Assembly: GCF_001642725.1 (NCBI RefSeq) | Contig: NZ_LSUQ01000004.1 | Location: 1 to 64,000, forward strand | Reading direction: 5' to 3' | DNA: 64,000 nt | DNA from: Ferroacidibacillus organovorans | GTDB lineage: Bacteria; Bacillota; Bacilli; Alicyclobacillales; SLC66 | Shown here: positions 1 to 10,763 of the stretch, piece after piece | How positions within the stretch are numbered: position 1 is the first letter of the stretch | Layout of the letters: every line of letters starts with the position of its first letter | Made by a program: the position numbers and the translations under genes | Notes under the pieces: model-generated | What the model was told of the DNA's origin: nothing | The model's input: the letters and a program-made list of their open reading frames with translations, nothing else | Database searches by the model: none

Positions 1-474
1 ATCGCAGACCGTGTGACGGCACTCCCCGAGTTGGCTGCGGCCAGCACGGTAGGCGTTTATCTCGCGATAGGTTCGGAAGTCTCACTTGACGGACTGATTG
101 GGACGCTGCTTCGCGAAGGCAAACAAGTGTACGCACCGCGCGTGCTTGAAGATCGACGCACGATCGTTTTTTGTCGTCTGCGCGACGTAACGGATGTTGA
201 GATTGGCTACTATGGGATCAGGGAGCCGCGGGGAGAGTCGCTCGAATCGCTCGATCTCATGCTGATTCCGGGGCTCGCGTTTACACTTTGCGGAATTCGC
301 CTCGGGTATGGCGGCGGTTTCTATGATCGCTATCTCGCAAGCGCATCGCGTCAAGCGGTGAAAGTCGGGGTGGCGTTCGATGGACAGATCGTTCAGGAAC
401 TACCGACAGAATTTCATGACATCCGCATGGATCACTTGGTCACGGATCGCCGGATTCATCACTGTCGGACGTGA
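1..474 (+). CDS. 5-formyltetrahydrofolate cyclo-ligase (5' truncated by window edge)
   Basis: Frame open from base 1; motifs IREP, LIPGLAF and RLGYGGGFYDRYL. Confidence 0.93.
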   Translation: MADRVTALPELAAASTVGVYLAIGSEVSLDGLIGTLLREGKQVYAPRVLEDRRTIVFCRLRDVTDVEIGYYGIREPRGESLESLDLMLIPGLAFTLCGIRLGYGGGFYDRYLASASRQAVKVGVAFDGQIVQELPTEFHDIRMDHLVTDRRIHHCRT

Positions 475-567
475 CGGACAGCGAAACGGCAATCCGCTTT
501 CTCTGTCGTGGTATGATGGAGAGGTCGCAAGTGTGAATCGGCGGACTTTGCAATTTGGAGGATCCTT

Positions 568-1203
568 ATGGATGCGATCAGCGGGTTGGTTCTCGCTGGC
601 GGAAAAAGTCAGCGAATGGGAACAGACAAAGCGCTTCTGCCACTTGGCGCAGAAACCGTACTACACGCAACGGCGAATCGTCTCGCGGCGCATGTCGATG
701 ACCTGTTGATCGTGCGTAGAAGTGATCAGCCGTCGCTCGATCTGCCGCGTGACGGCGCAGCGCGAGATTGGCGCATCGTCTACGATCTCCATCCTGGAGA
801 CGGCCCGCTCGCGGGGCTTGAGGCAGGGTTGCGGGCGTGTCGCCACCCGTGGGCGCTGGTGACGCCAGTAGACGCGCCGTTTGTGCGCAAAGGGCTCCTT
901 TCCCTCTTGTGCGCGCAAATTGCGACGGTTGAACCGCGCACGCGTGTGATCACAGTCGAGCATGGGGATCAGACGTATCCGCTTTTTGGCGTGTATCACC
1001 GCGTGCTTGCCGAAAGGATTGGCGAGATGCTTGAGGCGGGAGAGCGGCGCGTCATCGATTTGCTCGCGCGCGTTCCGACGGTCAAACTTTCGCGGGAAGT
1101 GTGGGGCGCGGTCGATCCGGATGGCACAAGTTTTTCGATGATGAATCGGCGGGAAGAGTACGAAGTGTTATGTGATCGATGGGAGCGGGGTGAGGTTCTA
1201 TGA
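568..1203 (+). CDS. mobA: Molybdenum cofactor guanylyltransferase
   Basis: LAGGKSQRMGTDKA and GPLAGL motifs; GGAGG RBS; Moco gene context. Confidence 0.92.
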   Translation: MDAISGLVLAGGKSQRMGTDKALLPLGAETVLHATANRLAAHVDDLLIVRRSDQPSLDLPRDGAARDWRIVYDLHPGDGPLAGLEAGLRACRHPWALVTPVDAPFVRKGLLSLLCAQIATVEPRTRVITVEHGDQTYPLFGVYHRVLAERIGEMLEAGERRVIDLLARVPTVKLSREVWGAVDPDGTSFSMMNRREEYEVLCDRWERGEVL

Positions 1204-2174
1204 AACGTGAAATCCGTGTAGAAGACGCGGTTGGCATGGTGCTCGCGCATGATTTGACGAGGATTGTGCCGGGCGAGTTTAAGGGCCGACTCTTTGCCAA
1301 AGGGCATCGCATTTCGGAAGAGGATTTGCCTAAGCTCCTTGCGATTGGCAAGGAGCACATTTTTGTCCTGGAGCCGGAGGCGCATGAACTGCATGAGGAT
1401 GACGCGGCAGAGCGCATGGCGCGCGCGCTGTCCCATGAGAGTTTGCGCTTTACGGAGCCGAATGAAGGGAAAGTAAACGCCAAGGCGGCGCATGATGGAC
1501 TGCTCGTGATCGATGTGGAGCGGCTCGACGCGATCAACGAGATTGGCGACGTGGTTGTGGTGACAAAGCCGACGCGCCAGGCGGTGCGTGCGGGACAGAC
1601 GGTCGCGGGGCTGCGCGCGATTCCCCTGCTTGTCGACGCGGCGAAAATCGCAGCGTATGAAGTGATCGCCGGGGGAGAGCCGCTGGTGCGCGTGCTTCCT
1701 TTTTTGAAACGCTCTGTAGGCGTGGTTACGACGGGCAGTGAGGTGTTCAAAGGACGAATCACCGATAAGTTTGGCCCGCGGATTCAGGAAAAACTGGTAC
1801 CTTTCGGCTTGACGTTTGCAGGGCAGCGCATCGTGGATGATCAGATGGATGACATCGTCGAAGCGATTCGCGCGTTTCAGGCGGAAAAGGCAGACATCAT
1901 CTTGGTGACTGGCGGCATGTCGGTCGACCCAGATGACCGCAGTCCGCTGGCGCTGCGCACGGTCGCCACGGAGGTCGTGACGTATGGGATGCCCGTGCTG
2001 CCAGGCTCGATGACCATGCTCGCGTATGCGGGTGAGACGGTGCTCATGGGACTCCCGGGCTGTGTCATCTACGATGAGGTGACGGCGTTTGACTGGCTGT
2101 TGCCGCGCGTCGCTGCGGGCTTGCGGCCGACACGTGCTGAGATCGCGCGCTTCGGTTGCGGTGGACTGTTGTGA
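1200..2174 (+). CDS. Molybdopterin-binding protein (MoeA-like)
   Basis: GMVLAHDLTRI, TTGSEV, TGGMSVDPDD, GLPGCV motifs; ATGA overlap with mobA. Confidence 0.88.
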   Translation: MKREIRVEDAVGMVLAHDLTRIVPGEFKGRLFAKGHRISEEDLPKLLAIGKEHIFVLEPEAHELHEDDAAERMARALSHESLRFTEPNEGKVNAKAAHDGLLVIDVERLDAINEIGDVVVVTKPTRQAVRAGQTVAGLRAIPLLVDAAKIAAYEVIAGGEPLVRVLPFLKRSVGVVTTGSEVFKGRITDKFGPRIQEKLVPFGLTFAGQRIVDDQMDDIVEAIRAFQAEKADIILVTGGMSVDPDDRSPLALRTVATEVVTYGMPVLPGSMTMLAYAGETVLMGLPGCVIYDEVTAFDWLLPRVAAGLRPTRAEIARFGCGGLL

Positions 2175-2728
2175 AAAAGCCGTTTGTCTTAGGCGTCGCG
2201 GGATACAAAAACACGGGGAAGACGACGCTGATCTGCCGCCTGCTCGACGCTTTGCACGCACAGGGTTTCGTATGCTCTGTAATCAAGCATGATGCGCACG
2301 GGTTTACGGCGTCGCCGCAAACGTCCGACACGGGGCGCTATTTTTCGACAGGCGCGGCGAGTGTCGCGATTGCGAGCCCTGATGGGCATATGGCGCTGGA
2401 GCGGACGTATGACAGCGAGCCGCCGCTCACGGAACTGCTGGGGCAATTGGCGCCTAGCGACGTGGTGTTGGTTGAGGGCTTCAAGCGCGCGCCGATGCAA
2501 AAGCTAGTAATGATAGAAGAAATGGCATATGACGCGCATCGCGAGGCTTTTATTGCACCTGATTTTGTCGATCAGATCGTTGACCCGTCGCACATTCGCG
2601 GTTATCTTGTTCCAGCACTCCCTTTGCGTGTTGCCGGCTTGAACAGACCCGTGTATCATAGAGATGAAATCGAGCGTTTGCACTTCGAGGTGATGCGATG
2701 GATCACGGAGGAAGCATATGGCGTTTGA
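2171..2728 (+). CDS. mobB: Molybdopterin-guanine dinucleotide biosynthesis protein B
   Basis: P-loop GYKNTGKTT, IKHDAH, DVVLVEGFK; GTGA overlap with the upstream stop. Confidence 0.9.
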   Translation: MKKPFVLGVAGYKNTGKTTLICRLLDALHAQGFVCSVIKHDAHGFTASPQTSDTGRYFSTGAASVAIASPDGHMALERTYDSEPPLTELLGQLAPSDVVLVEGFKRAPMQKLVMIEEMAYDAHREAFIAPDFVDQIVDPSHIRGYLVPALPLRVAGLNRPVYHRDEIERLHFEVMRWITEEAYGV

Positions 2729-3380
2729 TCGCTTGCCGGTCGTCACTGCCAGAAGGTTGCCCTTATACTATCGCTATCTTCAAACCTTGGTTGCGCTTGG
2801 TAAACAGCGCGTATCCTCGGCTGAAGTAAGCGCTGCGCTGCATATCGATTCGGCGACCATTCGCCGGGATTTTTCGTATTTAGGAGAGCTCGGCCGAAAG
2901 GGATACGGATACAACGTCGATTATTTACTACGCTTTTTGCAAGACTTTCTGAAACAAGACGAGATCGTCAAAGTCATCTTGGTCGGTGTTGGAAATCTCG
3001 GTACCGCACTGTGCCGCTATGACTTTTATCGAAGCAAACAGATGAATATTGTTGCCGCATTTGATGTTGATCCACTCAAGCTCGGACAAGAGATTGAGGG
3101 CATTCCTGTCCATGCGGTGAAGGATTTGGAGTCGTTTGTAAAGCGAGAAGGCGTCGAAATTGCCATTCTCGCGGTGCCCGCATCTTCTGCGCAAGTAACG
3201 GCAGATCTTGTCGTGCGCGCGGGTGTGCTTGGCATTTTGAATTTTACACCGCGCACGCTCTCTGTTCCTCCTGACGTGCGTGTGCATCACATTGACGTCA
3301 CGACAGAACTGCAGATCCTCGTGTACTATCTGAAGCGCGGTCAACGTCAGGATGATCCGCAAAAAGATGACGAATCGTAA
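2718..3380 (+). CDS. rex: Redox-sensing transcriptional repressor Rex
   Basis: RRLPLYYRYL, SATIRRDFSYLGELGRKGYGY, GVGNLG Rossmann motif, ILNFTP. Confidence 0.97.
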   Translation: MAFDRLPVVTARRLPLYYRYLQTLVALGKQRVSSAEVSAALHIDSATIRRDFSYLGELGRKGYGYNVDYLLRFLQDFLKQDEIVKVILVGVGNLGTALCRYDFYRSKQMNIVAAFDVDPLKLGQEIEGIPVHAVKDLESFVKREGVEIAILAVPASSAQVTADLVVRAGVLGILNFTPRTLSVPPDVRVHHIDVTTELQILVYYLKRGQRQDDPQKDDES

Positions 3381-3416
3381 CTGGATGCAAAATGATGATA
3401 AAAGGGGTGTTTACGG

Positions 3417-3599
3417 ATGTTGGGAAACATTGGCCTTTCCGGTATTATTCTTATTTTAGTTGTCGCACTTCTCGTGTTTGGACCAAGCAAACTTCCAGAT
3501 ATGGGAAAAGCGCTTGGCAAATCGCTGCGTGAATTCAAAGACGCGACGCGTGATCTTCGTGAAGACACCACGCAACAAGCCACGCGCAAAGAAGAGTAA
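3417..3599 (+). CDS. tatA: Twin-arginine translocase subunit TatA
   Basis: TM helix + FGPSKLP + amphipathic helix; upstream of tatC. Confidence 0.95.
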   Translation: MLGNIGLSGIILILVVALLVFGPSKLPDMGKALGKSLREFKDATRDLREDTTQQATRKEE

Positions 3600-3669
3600 A
3601 TGTGCGCATGGTACTCGTGACGTTTGAGATGCGTGCAACAGCTTTTCGCGTTTGATGGGGGCGCTCTGA

Positions 3670-4785
3670 TTGCAACAACGTTTTGTGCCGCACATGGAAG
3701 AGCTTCGCAAGCGCATTATTTTTGTGCTTGCCTTTTTTTTGATTTCTTTGATTGGTAGTCTCACGTTTGTAAATCCGCTTTATCACATTCTCACGAAAAC
3801 GGCGGGAAATGTTCCGCTCGCGGTGTTGGGACCTGGCGATATCGTCAGTATCTATTTTATGATTGGCGGAATCTGCGCGCTTGTGTTCACGACGCCTTTT
3901 CTCTTTTGGCAAGTATGGCTCTTCGTCTCCCCAGGTCTTCAGGCTAAAGAAAGACGTTATGCCGCGCGGTTGATCGCGCCAATCACGTTTATGTTTCTGC
4001 TCGGGATCAGTTTTGGATATTTTCTCGTTTTTCCACAGGTGTATCACTTTTTGCAGCGTCTCGGTCAGCAATCGTTTCGGTTTTTTATCACGGCGACCGA
4101 ATACTTCAGTTTTATGACGAACATCGTTCTGCCGTTCGGCTTCTTTTTTGAGTTACCTGTCGTCGTGGTGTTTCTCACGCGAATCGGAATTTTGACGCCG
4201 GGCGTCATGCGCAAGTTTCGCCGCTTCGCCTACTTTGGCTGCGTCGTACTCGGAACGCTGATCAGTCCGCCGGAACTGATCTCTCATTTGAGTGTCACAG
4301 TTCCACTCATTCTGTTGTATGAGCTCAGCATCTTTCTCTCCGCAGCGACGTATCGCAAGCGACAGCGGGCAGAGGCGTGGTGGCGGGAGGACAAGCCTGT
4401 CGCGCGCAATGTGCGACGTTCGGTCACTAATTCTGCGGCGAACGCAGAGCTTACGCCGCAAGAATTACCCGCATCTACACCTACGCTCACACCCGGGCTG
4501 AGCGTCGCAGTGCCTGACTCGTCTACCCCTTTGATCGATAAGGATGCTGCGCGGGAGTCAGGTGTGAGTGGACAGGGCGCAAATGGGTCTGAACCAGACA
4601 GTCTCGACGCGGCGGAATCTGTTACAGCGACGTTTGATACGATTGATACACACGTCGCGTCGGTTAATGACGGGATAGATCACGCGCAAATCGAGCAGGA
4701 GATGGCTGTTTTCCTTGTCAAGCATTTGGAAGAAGGTGCTGCCTTTGAGCGGCGACCGGGGATTAAACTGGATGTGCGCGAATAG
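3670..4785 (+). CDS. tatC: Twin-arginine translocase TatC with long C-terminal extension
   Basis: HMEELRKRI, WQVWLFVSPGL, FELPVV, LLYELSI motifs; TTG start, exact start uncertain. Confidence 0.92.
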   Translation: MQQRFVPHMEELRKRIIFVLAFFLISLIGSLTFVNPLYHILTKTAGNVPLAVLGPGDIVSIYFMIGGICALVFTTPFLFWQVWLFVSPGLQAKERRYAARLIAPITFMFLLGISFGYFLVFPQVYHFLQRLGQQSFRFFITATEYFSFMTNIVLPFGFFFELPVVVVFLTRIGILTPGVMRKFRRFAYFGCVVLGTLISPPELISHLSVTVPLILLYELSIFLSAATYRKRQRAEAWWREDKPVARNVRRSVTNSAANAELTPQELPASTPTLTPGLSVAVPDSSTPLIDKDAARESGVSGQGANGSEPDSLDAAESVTATFDTIDTHVASVNDGIDHAQIEQEMAVFLVKHLEEGAAFERRPGIKLDVRE

Positions 4786-4796
4786 CGGCTCTTTAC

Positions 4797-4846
4797 AACA
4801 AAACGACCCTCGAGAAACGTGTATCGAAGGTCGTTTTGTTTTTTTT
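4797..4846. terminator. Intrinsic terminator between convergent tatC and trpS, likely bidirectional
   Basis: AACAAAACGACC...GGTCGTTTTGTT inverted repeat followed by a T-run. Confidence 0.8.
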
Positions 4847-4855
4847 CAGGCGGGT

Positions 4856-5848
4856 TCAGCGATGGGAGAGACCAAGGGTAGCCTTCACGCGCGCAAGGGT
4901 TTTTGTCGCCACTGCATCGGCGCGCGCAGCGCCTTCGGTTAGAATCTCGGTGATTTCGTCGCTTGAACGGATGTGCGAAAAGCGCTCTTGGATCGGCTCA
5001 AGGTGTTCGACAATCGCCTCTGCCAGATCCTTTTTAAACGGTCCGTACCCTTGTCCCTCGTATTGATCGACAAGCTGAGCGATTGGGGTGTTGGTGATGA
5101 GTGAAAAGATCGCCAGCAGATTGGAGACGGCCGCCTTCTCACTCGGATCATAGCGTATTTCTCGTCCAGAGTCGGTCACGGCGCGGCTTATTTTTTTGCG
5201 GATCTCGTCTGGGGGATCGAGCATCTCAATGCGACTTCCCGGTACCGGGTTGCTCTTGCTCATTTTTTTGGTCGGATCATCGAGCGACATGATCCGCGCC
5301 CCTTCCTTCATCAAGAGGATGTCGGGGACAACGAATGTATCGCCAAACCGGTTGTTAAAGCGCAGCGCCAAATCACGCGTCAATTCAATGTGCTGTTTTT
5401 GGTCGTCGCCGACTGGAACAAGCGCCGTATCATAGAGCAGAATATCAGCTGCCATCAGAGCGGGATAGGTAAAGAGCCCAGCCAGCACGGCGTCTTTCCC
5501 GTCTGACTTTTCTTTGTATTGAGTCATGCGTGAAAGCTCACCCATGTGAACAACACACTGCATGATCCAACCGAGTTCAGCGTGCGCGGGAACATCCCCC
5601 TGAATAAAGAGGGTTGCGCGCTTTGGATCAAGCCCGCAGGCAAGGTAGAGCGCCGCGAGATCGAGGGTGCGCGCGCGCAGCATCGCAGGGTCCTGGTTTT
5701 GCGGGAGGGTTAAAGCGTGCAGATTGACGACACAGTAAAAACTTTCGTGGGAGTCTTGCAGTGCGACAAACTGATTGAGTGCGCCGAGATAGTTGCCGAG
5801 GGTAATGACACCAGACGGCTGAATGCCGGAAAATACGCGCGATTTCAT
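4856..5848 (-). CDS. trpS: Tryptophan--tRNA ligase
   Basis: FSGIQPSG, TLGN (HIGH equivalent), VPVGDDQKQH, KMSKS; start MKSRVF with GGAGA RBS. Confidence 0.97.
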   Translation of the reverse strand: MKSRVFSGIQPSGVITLGNYLGALNQFVALQDSHESFYCVVNLHALTLPQNQDPAMLRARTLDLAALYLACGLDPKRATLFIQGDVPAHAELGWIMQCVVHMGELSRMTQYKEKSDGKDAVLAGLFTYPALMAADILLYDTALVPVGDDQKQHIELTRDLALRFNNRFGDTFVVPDILLMKEGARIMSLDDPTKKMSKSNPVPGSRIEMLDPPDEIRKKISRAVTDSGREIRYDPSEKAAVSNLLAIFSLITNTPIAQLVDQYEGQGYGPFKKDLAEAIVEHLEPIQERFSHIRSSDEITEILTEGAARADAVATKTLARVKATLGLSHR

Positions 5849-6073
5849 CCGAATTTCTCCTAAGTTTTGAAAGGTTTTTTGCGGGAAACGGTTTCTCAAT
5901 TTCGTATCGAAACAGGAACTGTACGCTGAGTTTCCCACAGCGTCGAGGCCTGTGTCAATCGCCGTGCCTAGCGCATCACACCTTTCTTGCGTAGACCATC
6001 GCACGCATTTCTTTCATATTGACATCCAGGGAAAAATGAAACGCTCGATTTAAAAAAAAGTGCGTATCAGGAG

Positions 6074-6102
6074 TTGCAAAAGTGAGCGTAAATCGGTAAT
6101 AT
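6074..6102 (+). promoter_or_regulatory. SigA-type promoter of groESL
   Basis: TTGCAA-N17-TAATAT just upstream of CIRCE. Confidence 0.65.
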
Positions 6103-6113
6103 CATGATTGAGT

Positions 6114-6140
6114 TTAGCACTCGACGAGTCTGAGCGCTAA
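6114..6140. promoter_or_regulatory. CIRCE element (HrcA operator)
   Basis: TTAGCACTC-N9-GAGCGCTAA, one mismatch to consensus, upstream of groES. Confidence 0.93.
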
Positions 6141-6180
6141 CAAAACTAAAATTCTGTAGAATGAAAGAGGAGGGTTTCGC

Positions 6181-6465
6181 ATGATTAAGCCACTCGGCGA
6201 TCGTGTGGTGCTGCGCGCGCTGGAGCGTGAAGAAAAGACCGCCAGCGGAATTGTTCTTCCAGATACGGCAAAAGAAAAGCCGCAAGAGGCAGAGGTTGTC
6301 TCCGTAGGCCCTGGCCGCTATGAAGATGGAAAACTGGTGGCAGTCGACGTGAAGGTCGGCAACCGCGTCATCTTCTCTAAATATGCAGGTACTGAAGTCA
6401 AGTATGACGGCGTTGAATATTTGATTGTCCGGGAAGCGGATATCCTGGCAGTCGTAGAGCGATAA
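6181..6465 (+). CDS. groES: Co-chaperonin GroES
   Basis: [24 protein letters not shown]. Confidence 0.99.
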   Translation: MIKPLGDRVVLRALEREEKTASGIVLPDTAKEKPQEAEVVSVGPGRYEDGKLVAVDVKVGNRVIFSKYAGTEVKYDGVEYLIVREADILAVVER

Positions 6466-6485
6466 GCGTTGGCAGTTAAACATAG

Positions 6486-8129
<1,644 letters not shown>

Positions 8130-8153
8130 GTTGTTGCCAACCCTTGTTTAGGG

Positions 8154-8180
8154 AGCCTCCGCTGCGGCGGGGGCTTTTTG
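8154..8180 (+). terminator. Intrinsic terminator after groEL
   Basis: AGCCTCCGC-TGCG-GCGGGGGCT stem followed by TTTT. Confidence 0.8.
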
Positions 8181-8260
8181 TTGTAGTATGTCATTCCCGT
8201 TTGTCGTATCATTGCATCAACGATAGCAAACAGGATAGGAACCTGATGGAGGTGGAAACT

Positions 8261-8578
8261 TTGGCGACAAATCTGCCTTTTTTCGTTCATCACTCCGTTC
8301 AGATTGAAAATGTGTTTCGCATCTTGCAGGGAGTTGTATCGCAGGATTGCAAATTTTTTCTTTTTGGCTCATTTGCGCGTGGAGAAGATCGACATTCGTC
8401 TGACATTGATGTTGCACTCGACGCAGGTGAGCCCTTGCCTCTGAGCGTGATCGGGGAAATGCGCGCTCAAATCGAAGATTCCAACATTCCATTTTCAGTT
8501 GACTTGATTGATTTGAATCGGACCAGTGCACTCTTGCGTGAACAGATCCAAAAGGAGGGAATCGAGTGGATCGAGTGA
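8261..8578 (+). CDS. Minimal nucleotidyltransferase (MNT) antitoxin
   Basis: LFGSFARGEDRHSSDIDVAL (GS-x10-DxD) and VDLIDL; GGAGGTGG RBS before TTG at 8261. Confidence 0.88.
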   Translation: MATNLPFFVHHSVQIENVFRILQGVVSQDCKFFLFGSFARGEDRHSSDIDVALDAGEPLPLSVIGEMRAQIEDSNIPFSVDLIDLNRTSALLREQIQKEGIEWIE

Positions 8579-8973
8579 ACTTATCTTTGAAAAGGGCAGA
8601 GCAAGCATTGAAATCCCTGCAAGATGTCCTGCAAATTAGTGATGCATCAGAAATTGAACGCGATGCAGCCATACAACGCTTCGAATTTACATTTGAAGCT
8701 GTGTAGAAAACGGCTCGTCACTATTTGCGCGAGGTGGAGGGGGTCGATGTGGCATCACCAAAAAGCGCCATACGTTCATCCAGAGAAACAAGTTTGTTAA
8801 CAACGGTGGAGGCCGCCCAAGCCCTGGTCATGACAGACGATCGAAATCTTACAAGCCACACCTACGATCGCGAACTTGCCCTGGAAATTTACCGACGCTT
8901 GCATGGTCACGCTGATCTTATGACGATGTGGCTAGAGCGTATTTCAGAGGGCGTATCCCGATCTTTTAGTTAG
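8566..8973 (+). pseudogene. HEPN toxin (HI0074 / nucleotidyltransferase substrate-binding family) interrupted by in-frame TAG at 8704-8706
   Basis: AAGGAGG RBS + GTG 8566; reads ...RDAAIQRFEFTFEAV*KTARHYL...SPKSAIR...DDRNLTSHTY (RX4HXY); one frame throughout. Confidence 0.88.
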
Positions 8974-9001
8974 AATTTTCCTGCGGCTGAATGGCTTGGC
9001 T

Positions 9002-9508
9002 TCATACCTCACCCATCCGCATCCACTGCCCGCTCGAAAAGTCGAAGCGCTTGATCACCCGCGCGGGATTGCCTGCCGCGACGCTGTAGCTTGGAATGTC
9101 ATGCAAAACAACCGAGTTCGCGCCGATCATCACGTGTGTGCCGATCGTCACGCCGGGGCCGATGAAAGAGCCTACGCCAATCAGGACGTCATCGCCGATC
9201 GTGACAGGCATTGGATCTGTCAAGCCAGAGACAAGAATGGGGCGGCTGGGATCTTCATAGGCGTGACCGACATCGGCGATGAAAACGCGTTCTCCGATGA
9301 CACAGCTATGTCCGATCGTGATGCGTTCTGCGCAAGACACGCCAAAAAAACGCCCGATTTGTGTATGATCCCCCACGCGAAGACAAGCGCCTGCGCGAGG
9401 AAGCGATATCCAGGCGTGTTCGGAGATGTGAACGTTATCTCCGTATGTCAATTGTCCATCCCCAAAGACAGAATACGGCATGCTGATGTGTGGTTCAGTC
9501 ATATGCAT
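9002..9508 (-). CDS. Hexapeptide-repeat (LbH) acyltransferase, galactoside/maltose O-acetyltransferase-like
   Basis: [30 protein letters not shown]. Confidence 0.85.
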   Translation of the reverse strand: MHMTEPHISMPYSVFGDGQLTYGDNVHISEHAWISLPRAGACLRVGDHTQIGRFFGVSCAERITIGHSCVIGERVFIADVGHAYEDPSRPILVSGLTDPMPVTIGDDVLIGVGSFIGPGVTIGTHVMIGANSVVLHDIPSYSVAAGNPARVIKRFDFSSGQWMRMGEV

Positions 9509-9776
9509 CCCCCTTGTAAAGGATCTTCATGGAGTGTAGAGGTGATGGCAAGTCTTCAATAACCTATGTTGGAGACGGAAACATCGTGAAAGCATGATTT
9601 GATTGTGCGATTTATCCATAGATGGAAAATTACCGCAGTGATGAAATGGTGGAACGCAGCAGGAAAATGAGCGTGTACTGCCGAATTTGTCGAATGAAGA
9701 ATTGACCTAACTATGGAACATGAAAAATCGTGTATGAGTATATCTTTGATTAGCACGGTTTGCGAGGCGGTACGAC

Positions 9777-10763
9777 ATGGCGCAAGTGAAACAGGTAGAG
9801 GCGTATGAGCAGACATCCCGGCAGATTCTCCGAGTGATGGATCATGTATCGACCGTCATCGTGGGGAAAGCGCGCGAGATCGAATTATGCTTCGTGGCGC
9901 TTCTCGCAAAAGGACACGTGCTCTTGGAGGACGTTCCGGGCGTCGGGAAGACACGGCTTGTAAAGAGTATCGCGCAGAGTCTTGACTGCCAGTTTAAAAG
10001 GATTCAATTTACACCTGATTTGTTGCCGTCTGATGTAACTGGAATCTCTATTTATAATCAGCACACGCTTGAGTTTGAGTATCGAGAAGGGCCCATTTTC
10101 AGTCAAATCGTCCTCGTGGATGAGATCAACCGCACTTCGCCGCGCACGCAGGCGGCGCTTCTTGAGTCGCTCGAAGAGCGTGCGGTTACGTTTGACGGTG
10201 TGACGCGTCTGCTGCCGGTTCCTTTCATTGTCCTTGCGACGCAAAATCCGATTGAGTATGAGGGCACCTTTCCACTGCCTGAGGCGCAACTGGATCGATT
10301 TCTCCTCAAGATTTCTCTTGGCTATCCATCCAAAGATGAGGAGTATCAGATTCTTGAACGCAGCCTCGTCGGAACGTTTGATCAGGAATTGGAGCCAGTC
10401 GCCACACAAAACGACATTCTCGCGTGGCAAGCGCTCGCCGCGCGCGTCTTTGTCGATCAGGGACTGCTTCGCTACGCGGTGGATCTCGTCGTGCGCACGC
10501 GCACGCACGAGTCTGTCTATCTCGGTGTTTCACCGCGCGGCGCGATTGGGCTTTTGCACGCGGCGCAAGCACTTGCCACATTGCGCGGGCGAGACTATCT
10601 TTTGCCTGATGATCTAAAGGAAGTGGCGCCGTACGTGTTACCGCACAGGATGATCCTGAAATCGGATGCGCGGCTGAGGCAAGTCACGGAAGCGACGGTT
10701 ATCGCCGAAATTCTCGCATCGCAACCGGTTCCTGTGCATGGCGCGTCGTTTTCCGCTCGATGA
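9777..10763 (+). CDS. MoxR-family AAA+ ATPase
   Basis: LEDVPGVGKT, RIQFTPDLLPSD, DEINR, ATQNPIEYEGTFPLPEAQLDRF. Confidence 0.95.
   Translation: MAQVKQVEAYEQTSRQILRVMDHVSTVIVGKAREIELCFVALLAKGHVLLEDVPGVGKTRLVKSIAQSLDCQFKRIQFTPDLLPSDVTGISIYNQHTLEFEYREGPIFSQIVLVDEINRTSPRTQAALLESLEERAVTFDGVTRLLPVPFIVLATQNPIEYEGTFPLPEAQLDRFLLKISLGYPSKDEEYQILERSLVGTFDQELEPVATQNDILAWQALAARVFVDQGLLRYAVDLVVRTRTHESVYLGVSPRGAIGLLHAAQALATLRGRDYLLPDDLKEVAPYVLPHRMILKSDARLRQVTEATVIAEILASQPVPVHGASFSAR

Noticed and set aside
475..567. Moco riboswitch before mobA
   Set aside because: The interval is only about 90 nt and shows one imperfect hairpin and a possible extended -10
8704..8706. Pyrrolysine or recoded TAG in the HEPN gene
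   Set aside because: TAG terminates many ordinary genes here, no pyl genes are present, and a TGG>TAG transition is simpler
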